In this document: positions 1 through 10,442 of the stretch, piece by piece
How the letters are laid out: every line of letters starts with the position of its first letter
Numbering within the stretch: position 1 is the stretch's first letter
DNA from: Candidatus Levyibacteriota bacterium
Lineage (GTDB): Bacteria; Patescibacteriota; Microgenomatia; Levybacterales; UBA12049
Assembly: GCA_963716145.1 (NCBI GenBank)
Contig: OY970292.1
Span: 965,404-1,029,403 of the forward strand
Direction of reading: 5' to 3'
DNA: 64,000 nucleotides
Position numbers and translations under genes: made by a program
The notes under the pieces: generated by a model
Seen by the model: the letters and a program-made list of their open reading frames with translations, nothing else
Told to the model about the DNA's origin: nothing
Databases searched by the model: none

Positions 1-1
1 T

Positions 2-178
2 GCGATTGTAATCGGAGGTTTTTCTGCCCCAGCTATTGGGATTGGCGCTCTTTGGAGTAAATTATTCAAGAAATCTCTCAAAAGAACTGTTTTATCAGTA
101 GTAATTATTCTTTTGGTAATTGGTTTAATTGTTGGAGGTTTTCTTATGATTGAAAACCCAAACAGGCCGATTTTTTAA
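2..178 (+). CDS. 3' end of a membrane protein (partial, runs off the window)
   Basis: Open frame AIVIGGFSAPAIGIGALWSKLFKKSLKRTVLSVVIILLVIGLIVGGFLMIENPNRPIF* with two hydrophobic stretches; stop TAA at 176-178. Confidence 0.6.
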   Translation, partial: AIVIGGFSAPAIGIGALWSKLFKKSLKRTVLSVVIILLVIGLIVGGFLMIENPNRPIF

Positions 179-1236
179 TCGTGGATATATTCCAGTAGCC
201 CAACTCCTTCTATTGCGCTCCCGTTATTTGTCTGCACAGAGCCTTCGATATTGCCCATGAACCAAGTGTATGATCCATTCGGAGCTTTATTTAGTCCATT
301 GATGCGTGAAATTTTTAGACTCGCGTTAATTGGGTTTGCTATTGAAATAGTGTAGTTTACGGGAGGATTTTTCTGATCTCTCGTAATTGATAGATTAAAA
401 GTTTTTGTAACAGAGCCATTTAAATCCTCCATAACCCCGATTTGATGGGTTTGGTAATTGGGGATTGGTTTTGCAACATCAGTTGAGTCAACATGGTAAA
501 ATCTCCCTTCTTTATCCCAAAACGCAACCCAATCTGTCGTCAGACCCAATGACTGATCGTAATATTGAATATCAGCTGAATTTGAAGAATAAATTCTTGT
601 ATATAAAATATAAACAGGAATATCCTGCCCATCTATTTTAAGAGTTCCGCTTCCCTGGGACATGAATTTGGTATACCCGGGAAGACTTCGCATCCCTATT
701 TCATTTTGTAAAATTCCTGTCGAGAAACTTAAATCCCTGTTGTTGATTATAATTTCTCCTTGAACAGATTCCTTGAGTACTCTGGAAGGATCTAGATCTA
801 TAGTCCAGTTTTTTACTAAATTATTGCTCACGATTGTTGAATCAGGTGTTTCAGAACTATTTATTTCACGAATCCATTTATTCCCGTCATAAAAACTTAC
901 TCTTGTTGTCTGGGAGTAGTTTTTGTCTTGCTCAGCGCGGGTAACCGATGCAACTAGATTTTTTTGAGGTTTGGTTTTGCTAACTATAACTACAGTGTCA
1001 TCGAAGTAGTGCTTTCCGGGTAAAAATTTTGTTGTCGTTTGGGCTACCTGCTGATTGGTTGGTCCAATAATTTGAGGAGTAGGTAAAACTTGAAGATTTT
1101 TTAATTTTGGATTTTTTTCTGATGCAAGCAGAGCAGAGAGAAAATATCCACTCGCAAAAGTTGTTATGAAGCCTAAAATAATAAGAAAAATTACCAGAGA
1201 CTTAGGAAAATTACCGGAAATATTTTTTTCTTCCAT
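175..1236 (-). CDS. Hypothetical membrane-anchored, beta-rich exported protein
   Basis: Long ORF; likely ATG at 1236 (MEEKN); single N-terminal TM helix; no motif recognised. Confidence 0.75.
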   Translation of the reverse strand: MEEKNISGNFPKSLVIFLIILGFITTFASGYFLSALLASEKNPKLKNLQVLPTPQIIGPTNQQVAQTTTKFLPGKHYFDDTVVIVSKTKPQKNLVASVTRAEQDKNYSQTTRVSFYDGNKWIREINSSETPDSTIVSNNLVKNWTIDLDPSRVLKESVQGEIIINNRDLSFSTGILQNEIGMRSLPGYTKFMSQGSGTLKIDGQDIPVYILYTRIYSSNSADIQYYDQSLGLTTDWVAFWDKEGRFYHVDSTDVAKPIPNYQTHQIGVMEDLNGSVTKTFNLSITRDQKNPPVNYTISIANPINASLKISRINGLNKAPNGSYTWFMGNIEGSVQTNNGSAIEGVGLLEYIHD

Positions 1237-1282
1237 GAATTGATTGTAGAGTAAGGACAACTAGAATTCAAACCTTATAGTT

Positions 1283-2743
1283 CTACATTGTCCCTCTTAA
1301 AAAAATTGCTTTCCAGGGGCGGTAGTTGGAGACAAATTTATCATCTGATGTGGTTTTACCATCTTTTTTAACAGTTCTGGTAAAGTAGACGTTCATGCCT
1401 CCTGCCGCAAAATCAATCTGCTTAACTTGTCCTTTTGGAAGATTCGGATCGTCTTGATATTCAGGCTCGGGTGCTGCGGATTGGCTGAGAATTATAGGTG
1501 TATTTATAGTAACTTCGCGGTTATCTTTTGTTCCATAAAGTTGAAAAGACAAGCTGTAGTTGCTCATGTCGGGAAATGCCTGAACGAGAATATGTTTACC
1601 TGTATCGTTTTTGAATTTAAGATCAGTGCCTGGTGAATAAATAGCAGCATCCACTCCAGGTGGGGAATCCTGCTCATAATACCCGACTCTATAAGCATGT
1701 TGATTGCGTTCTACAATTGGTAGTCCTGCTTTGAGGGCTGCCCGGAAAAGAGTAGTTGACACTTGGCAGACTCCGCCTCCATCCCCAAGAATTGTTTTAC
1801 TACCTGAAATTACATATGCCTGCTTGTACCCCGTAAAACTAGTGATATCTCCGACAGCTTTGTTGAATGAAAACACTTCACCCGGTGCAATAAGCACACC
1901 ATTGAGTCTGGAAGACGCAAGATTAATATTAAAAGCTCTATTTTCAATTGAACCTCTGAAAAGCGATGTCCCCTCGGCAATTAATTCCTTGATGCCATAA
2001 TTGTTGATTTTGTCGGTTGAGACTTTTGGCTCCAAAATCTTTATGGGGATTTTTAAAGTAATAGTATGCGGTTTTTCCGATTCAACACTGGTATTCATTG
2101 CTGACACTATTTCGCTTTTTAATTCTTTTACATCAAGTACCTGTCCGTTTTTGGAAAGCTTAAACGCTGAAACACGCCCGCTTTCAAAATTAAAAAGTCC
2201 TTCAACAGGCGGCTTGTCGAGTTTTGCCGATAATGGGGCAATTAATTTATCCAGTTTCTCTTCCTTGTAGTGAGTTGCTGCAGGCAATTGTACTCCGCCA
2301 ATATATGCTTGAAGAACAATGCTCATGTCTGAGAGAAGGTTTTCCGATCTGCCGATAGTATATGCTTGTTGGGCTGAAAGATTTTCATCATAGCCAAAAT
2401 CTATTTGCGCAGCGGAAATAGTAGCAGTTACATCCTGTGAGCTAAGATTAAAAACACTTTTTTGAATGGTTTTGTTTTTTTCGGCAAAATAATTTTTTAC
2501 TTTTTCGCGACTTTCTCCCCCGAAATCAACCCCGTTTACGTAAACCCCTTCATAAACTTTATTTGCGTAACTTGCCCGGTAACTCAGGTAAAGAAAGCTG
2601 ACAAAGAAGAATAAGCCTATGATTGTACCCAAAATAAACCAGAAAGAAACTTTTGCAAAACGCTTAAAGGATTTTTGCTTGTCGATCTCAACAGCTTCTT
2701 TTTTGACAATCAAGTTCTTGGATTTCGCAGAAACACTTTTCAT
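1283..2743 (-). CDS. VanW family protein with peptidoglycan-binding (PG_binding_4-like) and C-terminal G5-like regions
   Basis: N-terminal TM; VanW motifs NINLASSRLNG..I.PGEVFSFN, GGGVCQVSTTLFRA, DAAIY...DLKFKN. Confidence 0.9.
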   Translation of the reverse strand: MKSVSAKSKNLIVKKEAVEIDKQKSFKRFAKVSFWFILGTIIGLFFFVSFLYLSYRASYANKVYEGVYVNGVDFGGESREKVKNYFAEKNKTIQKSVFNLSSQDVTATISAAQIDFGYDENLSAQQAYTIGRSENLLSDMSIVLQAYIGGVQLPAATHYKEEKLDKLIAPLSAKLDKPPVEGLFNFESGRVSAFKLSKNGQVLDVKELKSEIVSAMNTSVESEKPHTITLKIPIKILEPKVSTDKINNYGIKELIAEGTSLFRGSIENRAFNINLASSRLNGVLIAPGEVFSFNKAVGDITSFTGYKQAYVISGSKTILGDGGGVCQVSTTLFRAALKAGLPIVERNQHAYRVGYYEQDSPPGVDAAIYSPGTDLKFKNDTGKHILVQAFPDMSNYSLSFQLYGTKDNREVTINTPIILSQSAAPEPEYQDDPNLPKGQVKQIDFAAGGMNVYFTRTVKKDGKTTSDDKFVSNYRPWKAIFLRGTM

Positions 2744-2782
2744 ATTTGATGTAAAGGTATTATACTATAAATATCACTTATT

Positions 2783-4345
2783 ATGGACGAGAATGTAGTA
2801 TTTAATCCAAACGAGCCGAACACGCAAAATACAGCTCAAGGCGCGGGTGTGGATCAGCCTGAGACCGTGACTCCTCAAGCGCCTACAGTATCAGAGTCTG
2901 TCACTAGCGTCGATCCGGCTTTGTCATCTACGCCGGATTCGGCTGAGAACGCAGGACAAGTTTCTTCTACAGATTCGTCAGGCTCACTACAGGAAGGCTC
3001 AGAGGAAGCTCAACCAAGCGAACCGCCTCCACCAATCCGCTCAGGTATACTGAGCAGTAGGATTTTTAAAATTATTATAGGCATAGTTATTTTGATTGCT
3101 ATAATTTTTGCTGTTGTCCTTTTTTTGCCGAAAGGAGCGGATAATAAAAAAGCTAAATTGGTTTGGTGGGGATTGTGGGAAGATCAAGCAGTTATGCAAT
3201 CTCTAATTGCTGACTTTCAAAAAGATCATCCGAACATTACTGTCGAGTACGTAAAGCAAGACCCCAAACAATATAGAGAGAAACTTCTTGCCAGGGTAAA
3301 TAATGGAACAGGGCCTGATATTTTCCGCTTTCACAATACCTGGGTTCCTATGCTGTCAAATGTATTGCTGCCTTTCTCCTCAGATGTAATTTCTACAGCT
3401 GAGTTTAAAAAGAATTATTATCCAGTTGTGCAGAGAGATTTGGTTCAAAATGGAGGGATTTACGGAATACCATTGGGCGCTGATTCCTTAGCCCTTTTTG
3501 TTAATACGGATATTTTTAAAGCAGCAGGAAAACAGCCTCCTCAAACTTGGGACGATTTTCTAACTACAGCAGGAGACCTGACAGTAAAAGAGGCGGATAC
3601 AAACAAGATAAAAACTGCGGGCGCAGCATTGGGCACATACGGAAATATTACACACGCTCCTGACATAATTTCTTTGCTTTTTCTTCAACAAGGAGTGGAT
3701 ATGAAAAAATTTCCAACCTCTGCAGATAAAGAAACAGAAGCCATGAATTATTACACTTATTTTGCAAAAGGGGATAAAAACGTATGGGATAATACGCTTG
3801 ATGAGTCAATTCTTTCTTTCTCCCGCGGTAGCCTTGCTATGTATATAGGTTATTCTTGGGACATCTTTAGAATTCAAGCACTAAATAAGGATCTCCCTTT
3901 TAGTACTCATCCCGTACCCCAGCTGGTAGGTCAGCGCGCAAATGTCGCAAGCTATTGGGTAGAGGGCGTTTCCTCAAAAAGTCAAAATCAAAAAGCTGCA
4001 TTACTCTTCATGCAGTATTTAAGCAAAAAAGAGACAGCTCAAAAATTTTACAGCGCAGTTAGCAAAACTCGTGCTTTTGGAGAACCTTATGCTCGAGCCG
4101 ATCTGGCCGGGACTTTGAAGGACAATAAACTTTTATACCCATTTGTAACTCAGCTGGAGAGTGCTTCTTCTTCAATTTTTGCAAGTGATACAAATGATGG
4201 AGAAGGGGGAATCAATTTCCTTAGCAATACTTATCTTAGAGATGCGGTAAACTCAATTATAAACGATGGCAGTTCTGCCCAATCGGCAGTAGAAACGCTC
4301 GATAAAGGAATTGACCAGGTTTTTCAGAAATATGAAATACATTGA
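2783..4345 (+). CDS. Extracellular solute-binding protein family 1 (sugar-binding type), membrane-anchored
   Basis: Low-complexity N-terminus, TM helix, GTGPDIF, GIYGIPLG.D.LALFVN.DIF, PPQTWDDF motifs. Confidence 0.85.
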   Translation: MDENVVFNPNEPNTQNTAQGAGVDQPETVTPQAPTVSESVTSVDPALSSTPDSAENAGQVSSTDSSGSLQEGSEEAQPSEPPPPIRSGILSSRIFKIIIGIVILIAIIFAVVLFLPKGADNKKAKLVWWGLWEDQAVMQSLIADFQKDHPNITVEYVKQDPKQYREKLLARVNNGTGPDIFRFHNTWVPMLSNVLLPFSSDVISTAEFKKNYYPVVQRDLVQNGGIYGIPLGADSLALFVNTDIFKAAGKQPPQTWDDFLTTAGDLTVKEADTNKIKTAGAALGTYGNITHAPDIISLLFLQQGVDMKKFPTSADKETEAMNYYTYFAKGDKNVWDNTLDESILSFSRGSLAMYIGYSWDIFRIQALNKDLPFSTHPVPQLVGQRANVASYWVEGVSSKSQNQKAALLFMQYLSKKETAQKFYSAVSKTRAFGEPYARADLAGTLKDNKLLYPFVTQLESASSSIFASDTNDGEGGINFLSNTYLRDAVNSIINDGSSAQSAVETLDKGIDQVFQKYEIH

Positions 4346-5258
4346 AAAGATCCGTTTTGACTTGGCAAGAAGAGCAATTATAAAAACACTGACCTACAGT
4401 GATATTTTTGATTTTCCTTTAAGTTTTGAGGAGCTTTGGGAGTATTTAGTATCCGACATAGTGGTGAGTAAAGAGCTCTTTGGGCAAGCTATTGATAAAT
4501 TATTGCAAGAAGGTTATATTAATTATGATAATAAATATTATTGTCTTGAAGGACGAAAAAAAAATATTCAGAAGAGACATGATAATCTTCCGGAAGTTTC
4601 GAAAAAGCTGGAAATAGCTCAAAAAGCCGCGAGTTTACTTTCGTATATTCCGACGATTCAGTTGATTGGAATAAGCGGGGGACTTGCAATGTACGATGCT
4701 GATAAAGACGATGACATCGACTTTTTTGTTATTGCAAAAAATAAAACTCTTTTTATAACCAGAATTTGGATCTTGGGAATTCTTCAAATTTTAAAGCTCA
4801 GAAGAACAAGATTGGATAAAAATCCAGCTAATAAAATTTGTGTCAATTTTATGCTTGACGAAGAAAAGTTAAATTTTCCAAAACACAAACGTGATATTTA
4901 CATAGCTCATGAGATAGCACAAGTGAAACCGCTTTTTGAGCGAGAAGATACATATAGGAAATTTTTAAGAGCTAATTCATGGATAAAGAGGTTTTTTCCA
5001 AACGCTGAGCCTCAAAATAGCAGTGTTTTGCAGAAACAACTTGGGTATGATAGCTTTAAGGCTTTTATTTTTCTGATTAAATTTCATCCCTTGGAAGATT
5101 TATTAAAACGGGCACAGATTAGATATTTACGGCAGCATCAAACAATTGAGAAAGTCTCAGATTACGCAATTGCTTTCCATCCAAATGATTATAGGGTACA
5201 AACCATTAAAAAAATGAACCTAAAACTTCGGCAATTAGGTTTATTGACAAACATCTAA
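4332..5258 (+). CDS. Pol-beta-like nucleotidyltransferase domain protein
   Basis: ISGGLA.....DDDIDFFVI resembles the GS-x-DxD NTase motif; ATG at 4332 overlaps the upstream stop. Confidence 0.7.
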   Translation: MKYIEKIRFDLARRAIIKTLTYSDIFDFPLSFEELWEYLVSDIVVSKELFGQAIDKLLQEGYINYDNKYYCLEGRKKNIQKRHDNLPEVSKKLEIAQKAASLLSYIPTIQLIGISGGLAMYDADKDDDIDFFVIAKNKTLFITRIWILGILQILKLRRTRLDKNPANKICVNFMLDEEKLNFPKHKRDIYIAHEIAQVKPLFEREDTYRKFLRANSWIKRFFPNAEPQNSSVLQKQLGYDSFKAFIFLIKFHPLEDLLKRAQIRYLRQHQTIEKVSDYAIAFHPNDYRVQTIKKMNLKLRQLGLLTNI

Positions 5259-5272
5259 ATATTATTTATACT
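5244..5272 (+). promoter_or_regulatory. Sigma70-type promoter of greA
   Basis: TTGACA-17 nt-TATACT. Confidence 0.75.
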
Positions 5273-5301
5273 TTCACAGAATTCGCTTGAATTTCCATGG
5301 C

Positions 5302-5335
5302 TCCCTCAATTAATTAGTGTTGAGGGATTTGTTTT
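5302..5335 (+). terminator. Intrinsic-terminator-like hairpin in the greA 5' leader
   Basis: TCCCTCAAT-8 nt-GTTGAGGGA followed by TTTGTTTT. Confidence 0.55.
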
Positions 5336-5352
5336 ATAAAGCATTTTATAAT

Positions 5353-5823
5353 ATGAATAGTAAAAAAGTTTACCTAACTCAAAAAGGATTGGACGATCAC
5401 AAGAAAGAATACGATGATCTGGTCAAAACTAGACGGGGCGAAGTGGTTGAGCGACTTTCAGCAGCTCGTGATATGGGAGACCTGTCGGAGAATGCAGAGT
5501 ATACAGCAGCCCGTGAGGAGTTAGCGTTTATTGATGGGAGAATTGAAGAGCTTGAGATGCTTTTAAAACAAGTTGTGCTTATCGAAGACGCGGGACATCA
5601 CAAAAGTAAGACTGTAGACTTAGGATCCAAAGTTACAGTTAAAGTTAAGGGCAAAGAAGAAGTTTTCACTTTGGTAGGAGAATGGGAAGCAGACCCGACT
5701 GAGAAAAAAATTTCCCATGAATCACCGCTAGGCAAAGCTCTGATTGGTAAAATAGTGGGAGATGACATTGAAGTCGAAGCGCCAGTCGGCAAAATGGTCT
5801 ACACAGTCGTTGAGATTAGTTAA
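5353..5823 (+). CDS. greA: Transcription elongation factor GreA
   Basis: GDLSENAEY, ISHESPLGKAL, EAPVG motifs; ATG at 5353. Confidence 0.97.
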   Translation: MNSKKVYLTQKGLDDHKKEYDDLVKTRRGEVVERLSAARDMGDLSENAEYTAAREELAFIDGRIEELEMLLKQVVLIEDAGHHKSKTVDLGSKVTVKVKGKEEVFTLVGEWEADPTEKKISHESPLGKALIGKIVGDDIEVEAPVGKMVYTVVEIS

Positions 5824-5865
5824 ATTCAAGATTTTCACGCCCCCCAATCATTTTCGTTTTCAACA

Positions 5866-5894
5866 TTGACCCGTTAACTTTGAACATTTATAAT
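5866..5894 (+). promoter_or_regulatory. Sigma70-type promoter of the phosphoketolase operon
   Basis: TTGACC-17 nt-TATAAT. Confidence 0.7.
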
Positions 5895-5910
5895 ACAAGC
5901 ACCAAAACAT

Positions 5911-8685
5911 ATGGACCGCGATATTGAGAAAATAAAAAAATATATCAGGGCCGCAAATTATCTGACAGTCAGTCAGATTTATCTTCAAGACAATTATTTA
6001 CTTGAAAAACCGCTAAAATCAGAGGACATAAAGCCAAGACTTGCAGGCCACTGGGGAACGTGTCCCGGAGTGAGCTTTGTCTACGCTCACCTCAATCATC
6101 TTGTTAAGAAACATAAGCAATCATCAATTTTTGTTCTTGGACCAGGACACGGCATGGGGGGATTACAGGCAAATCTATTTATGGAAGGAACGCTTGAGAA
6201 GTATTACCCGAAAGCAACCAGAGATGCAAAAGGAATTGAATACATTTCCAAAAGGTATACCTGGCCGCGTGGATTTTCAAGCCACGCAAGTCCGGAGTCG
6301 CCTGGTTTAATCCTGGAAGGCGGAGAGTTAGGCTATTCACTAGGGTCAGCTTATGGGGCTATTTTGGATAACCCGGATTTATTGGCAGTATGTTTGATAG
6401 GGGACGGAGAAGCAGAAACAGGTGCGATTGCAGCGGCCTGGCATATTAATAAATTAATTGATCCGGCGACCAATGGCGCGGTGCTCCCCATTCTCCACGT
6501 CAATGGTTATAAAATTTCAGGCCCTACAATTTTTGGCCGGATGAGCAATAAAGAAATGGAAGATTTGTTTAGCGGTTATGGATATGAACCGTTTTTTGTT
6601 GAGGGCGAGAGGCTTGATGAGAAAATGTTAACAACTCTTGAAGCATGCTATCAGCGCATCAAGAAAATTCAGCAAGAAGCAAAAGGAAGCAATCCGCCAT
6701 TTAAACCCCGTTTCCCGATGATCGTAATGCGCACGCCCAAAGGCATGACAACAGTGAAAGAACTTAGGGGACAAAAAATAGAAGGAACGATTCTCTCCCA
6801 CCATGTAGTAATGCCGACAGTTAAAGGGGATGAAGAAGAGCTTAAAGCGCTTGAGGCATGGATGAGGTCGTACAAATTCGATGAGCTGTTTGATAAGGAG
6901 AAAGGTTTTGCACAGGATATATTAGACAATGTTCCGGAGGATGAATTACTAGTTGGTAATAACCATCACGTGTTTGGCAAGACATACAAGCCTCTAATTT
7001 TGCCTGCGAGTAAAAAATTGGAGAAGGCAGTTACAGTTCCGGGCGAAATCCAATCAAACGCTATGCGTATGGCAGGGTTTTTTCTGAAAGAAGTTTTTGA
7101 ATTAAATAAGAAAACCAATAATATCCGCCTTATGTCACCTGATGAGACCTATTCCAACCGGCTTGATAATGTTTTTGAAGTAACAGGACGGGCTTGGGTA
7201 TGGCCGCAGGATCCGGGTGATAAAGACATAGCCAGAGATGGCCGGGTTATGGAAATGCTTTCGGAACACAATATGCAGGGGCTTGCCCAAGGATATGTCC
7301 TGACCGGCAGACATGCTGCGTTTACAACCTATGAAGCATTTGCCCAGATCTTCGCGAGTATGGCCCACATGTATCAAAAGTTTTTAAAGTATGTCCGTAA
7401 AATGCCGTGGAGACAGGATATTCCCTCAATGAATTATTTGATCACCTCAACTGTCTGGCGTCAAGAGCGTAACGGATACTCTCATCAAAACCCCGGTTTT
7501 ATCTCAGGCATGCTTGAGAAGCACAATGATTTTATAAAAGCCTATTTTCCGGTTGATGACAACAGTATGCTGGCGATTCTTGAGGAAACATTTGCCTCAA
7601 AAAATCAGATGAATATTATTACTGCCGGAAAAACACCTGAACCGCGCTGGCTGACTTACCCACAGGCGAAAGAGGCACTAGCGGATGGCATCAGCACGTG
7701 GGAGTTCGCGAGTGATGAAAATCCTCATATTGTGATCGCGGGAGTTGGGGATTATATGACCAAAGAAGCACTTGCAATGATTGAAACAGTAAAAGCAGAT
7801 GCTCCCGAAATACATATCCGGTTTGTAAATATTCTACGTTTACAGGCTGCGTGTTCTTGCGAGGATGAATTCCACCCGCAAATTCCGGACGCGGAAAAAT
7901 ATTTTACTGTTGATAAACCGGTGATTGTTAACTTCCATGGTTATCCTGAAGCGATGCAAAGTATTTTATTTAAGGTCAAAAATCCCCAGCGTTTTTCTGT
8001 GCATGGATATAACGAATGGGGAGGGACAACTACGCCATTTGATCTGCTAGTTCGCAATCAAACAGACCGTTTCCATCTGGCAATTGAGACTGTTGAAATG
8101 ATGAGTAAAAATGGAATAATTACCACGGCGAAAAAAGACAAATTAGTTACAAAATACAAAAAAGCGTTGTCTGATCATTATGCATATATTACAAAAGTAG
8201 GTTGTGATCCTGAAGAGATCGAAAACTGGCAGTGGAAAGGTATTGCGCCTAAAAGCACTGGAGTAGACGATATTGCAAATCTTGATCAATTGAAGAATGC
8301 CCGGACAATTGCGTTTATCGGTCTCTCTGATAATCCCGAGCGCCACAGTAACCGTGTTGCAAAATATTTTCAGAATAAAGGTTATCGGATTATTCCGATA
8401 AACCCAAAAGTTAAAGAAGTTTTGGGCGAGAAGTCTTACCCCGATCTTCTTTCAATTCCTAATGATATTTATATTGATATTGTTGATATTTTTCGTAATC
8501 CGGCTGATGTAATACCTCACATGCAGGAAATTGTTGAGCGAGGTAATATCAAAACTGTCTGGCTTGCCGAAGGAGCAAATAGTCCTGTTGCTGAAGATTT
8601 TGCTGAAGACTACGGTCTTTCAATGGTTACAAATTTTTGTATAATGGACGCATATAAAGATCTGGAAAAACAAAAATCCATATGA
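5911..8685 (+). CDS. xfp: Phosphoketolase (XFP family) fused to a C-terminal CoA-binding (YccU-like) domain
   Basis: GHWGT.PG, GPGHG, EGGELGY, GDGEAETG, NGYKI, LSEH, NGYSHQNPG motifs; C-terminal IAFIGLSDNPER.S.RVA.Y....GY.IIPINP...VDIFR. Confidence 0.93.
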   Translation: MDRDIEKIKKYIRAANYLTVSQIYLQDNYLLEKPLKSEDIKPRLAGHWGTCPGVSFVYAHLNHLVKKHKQSSIFVLGPGHGMGGLQANLFMEGTLEKYYPKATRDAKGIEYISKRYTWPRGFSSHASPESPGLILEGGELGYSLGSAYGAILDNPDLLAVCLIGDGEAETGAIAAAWHINKLIDPATNGAVLPILHVNGYKISGPTIFGRMSNKEMEDLFSGYGYEPFFVEGERLDEKMLTTLEACYQRIKKIQQEAKGSNPPFKPRFPMIVMRTPKGMTTVKELRGQKIEGTILSHHVVMPTVKGDEEELKALEAWMRSYKFDELFDKEKGFAQDILDNVPEDELLVGNNHHVFGKTYKPLILPASKKLEKAVTVPGEIQSNAMRMAGFFLKEVFELNKKTNNIRLMSPDETYSNRLDNVFEVTGRAWVWPQDPGDKDIARDGRVMEMLSEHNMQGLAQGYVLTGRHAAFTTYEAFAQIFASMAHMYQKFLKYVRKMPWRQDIPSMNYLITSTVWRQERNGYSHQNPGFISGMLEKHNDFIKAYFPVDDNSMLAILEETFASKNQMNIITAGKTPEPRWLTYPQAKEALADGISTWEFASDENPHIVIAGVGDYMTKEALAMIETVKADAPEIHIRFVNILRLQAACSCEDEFHPQIPDAEKYFTVDKPVIVNFHGYPEAMQSILFKVKNPQRFSVHGYNEWGGTTTPFDLLVRNQTDRFHLAIETVEMMSKNGIITTAKKDKLVTKYKKALSDHYAYITKVGCDPEEIENWQWKGIAPKSTGVDDIANLDQLKNARTIAFIGLSDNPERHSNRVAKYFQNKGYRIIPINPKVKEVLGEKSYPDLLSIPNDIYIDIVDIFRNPADVIPHMQEIVERGNIKTVWLAEGANSPVAEDFAEDYGLSMVTNFCIMDAYKDLEKQKSI

Positions 8686-10436
8686 GCGATAAGGCAAAAA
8701 TTATCCCCAAAGATCTTAGTAAATTTTCCAAAACCCCTAATCTTTTGGATTATGACAAGATTTATAAATCGTTTTCCTGGGACAAAGCCGCTACTGAAGA
8801 AATAGAATTTTTTTCCGACGGGACACTGAATATCGCCTATAACTGCATTGACCGGCACGCGAATGGAAAAAGAAAAGATAAAACAGCATTGCTTTTTGAG
8901 GACGCCAATGGCAAAAAGGAAACATACACATTTTCGGATCTAAAAAAAGAAACAGATAAATTCGCCAATGTTCTTGTTTCTCAAAATATAAAAAAGGGCG
9001 AGCGCGTTTTTATCTTCCTTCCCCCAATTCCTGAACGCTATGTAGCTTTTTTGGGAATTTTGAAAATGGGAGCCATAGCCGGAACAATGTTTTCAGCTTT
9101 TCAGGAAATGGCGCTTTTAGACCGTTTGTCAGACTCGGGTGCGAAAGTTGTTGTCACCAACGCGGTTTTGTATCCCCGGATTGAAAAAATATGGAAAGAT
9201 TTACCCGATTTGGAAAAGGTAATCATTGTTGACCGGGGCTCAGTTGAGATGCCAACCGGTGAAAAAATTATTCACTACAACGAAGAAATGAAAAAAGCAA
9301 AAGCTGAGTTTAATATTGCGCATATGAAAAAAGATGATTATTCCTACATGCTTTATACATCAGGAACTACAGGAAAGCCAAAAGGCGTTATGCACGCTCA
9401 TTACGACATTCTTCAGGCAATTGTAACCACAAAATATGTTCTGGATATTCAGGAGAATGATATCTATTGGTGTACAGCTGACATAGGCTGGGTGACTGGC
9501 GTTGTCTATGCAACTCTTGGGCCTTGGGGTTTGGGAGCAACTCAAGTGCTGTTTGAGGGAAGATTTAGTCCTGAGAGTTGGTACAAAATAATGCAAGATT
9601 ATAAAGTTACTCTTTGGTATACAGCTCCAACCGCGATTCGGATGCTGATGGGATCCCCCGTCCCGCCAAAAGATTATGATCTGTCTTCATTGCGACAAAT
9701 TTTTAGCGTTGGAGAACCGCTGAATCCTGAGGCAATTTGGTGGGGACTTGAGGCATATGGCCTACCGTTTCATGATACTTGGTGGCAGACAGAGCTCGGA
9801 GGAATATCGATTACTAATTATCCTGTTATGGATGTAAGACCCGGTTCAATGGGAAAGCCATTGCCCGGAATAACAGCCGGGATTATTGATGACCAAGGAA
9901 AAGAATTGGCAGATGGAGAAGAAGGGCATTTGGCACTTTTATCATCGACCGTTTCTTCGCTGATGAAAACTATCTGGAACAATGAGGAGAAATTCAAATC
10001 CTATTTTTCAGGCGATTGGTATATTTCAGGAGACAAGGCATTCAGAGACAAAGATGGATATTATTGGTTCATAGGTAGAGCTGATGATGTGATCAAGACA
10101 TCAGGCGAGCGCGTCGGGCCGTTTGAAGTGGAGAGCTCTTTGGTTGAGCATCCGGATATAGTTGAAGCAGGAGTAATTGGAAAGCCGGACGCGGTGCGGG
10201 GTGAGATAATCAAAGCGTTTGTTGTCACCAAGCCCGGAGTTGCCCAGACAGATGAATTGAAAGAGGAGCTAAAACAACACGTTAAAAAGCACCTGGCAGG
10301 GCATGCCTATCCGCGGGAGATTGATTTTATTGATAAACTGCCAAAGACAAGATCAGGCAAAATCATGCGAAGAGTTCTGAAAGCTCAGGAATTAGGCCTA
10401 CCCATTGGCGACACCTCAACACTTGAAGATTATTAA
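8682..10436 (+). CDS. acsA: Acetate--CoA ligase (AMP-forming acetyl-CoA synthetase)
   Basis: YTSGTTGKPKG, WCTADIGWVTG, SVGEPLNPE, DTWWQTE, GRADD, LPKTRSGKIMRR. Confidence 0.95.
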   Translation: MSDKAKIIPKDLSKFSKTPNLLDYDKIYKSFSWDKAATEEIEFFSDGTLNIAYNCIDRHANGKRKDKTALLFEDANGKKETYTFSDLKKETDKFANVLVSQNIKKGERVFIFLPPIPERYVAFLGILKMGAIAGTMFSAFQEMALLDRLSDSGAKVVVTNAVLYPRIEKIWKDLPDLEKVIIVDRGSVEMPTGEKIIHYNEEMKKAKAEFNIAHMKKDDYSYMLYTSGTTGKPKGVMHAHYDILQAIVTTKYVLDIQENDIYWCTADIGWVTGVVYATLGPWGLGATQVLFEGRFSPESWYKIMQDYKVTLWYTAPTAIRMLMGSPVPPKDYDLSSLRQIFSVGEPLNPEAIWWGLEAYGLPFHDTWWQTELGGISITNYPVMDVRPGSMGKPLPGITAGIIDDQGKELADGEEGHLALLSSTVSSLMKTIWNNEEKFKSYFSGDWYISGDKAFRDKDGYYWFIGRADDVIKTSGERVGPFEVESSLVEHPDIVEAGVIGKPDAVRGEIIKAFVVTKPGVAQTDELKEELKQHVKKHLAGHAYPREIDFIDKLPKTRSGKIMRRVLKAQELGLPIGDTSTLEDY

Positions 10437-10442
10437 ATCTTG

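Noticed and set aside
1283-2743. Vancomycin resistance locus
   Set aside because: VanW-domain proteins are widespread cell-wall proteins; no vanHAX or vanRS genes are present.
4332-5258. MNT-HEPN toxin-antitoxin or CBASS-type nucleotidyltransferase system
   Set aside because: No HEPN or effector gene is adjacent; neighbours are a solute-binding protein and greA.
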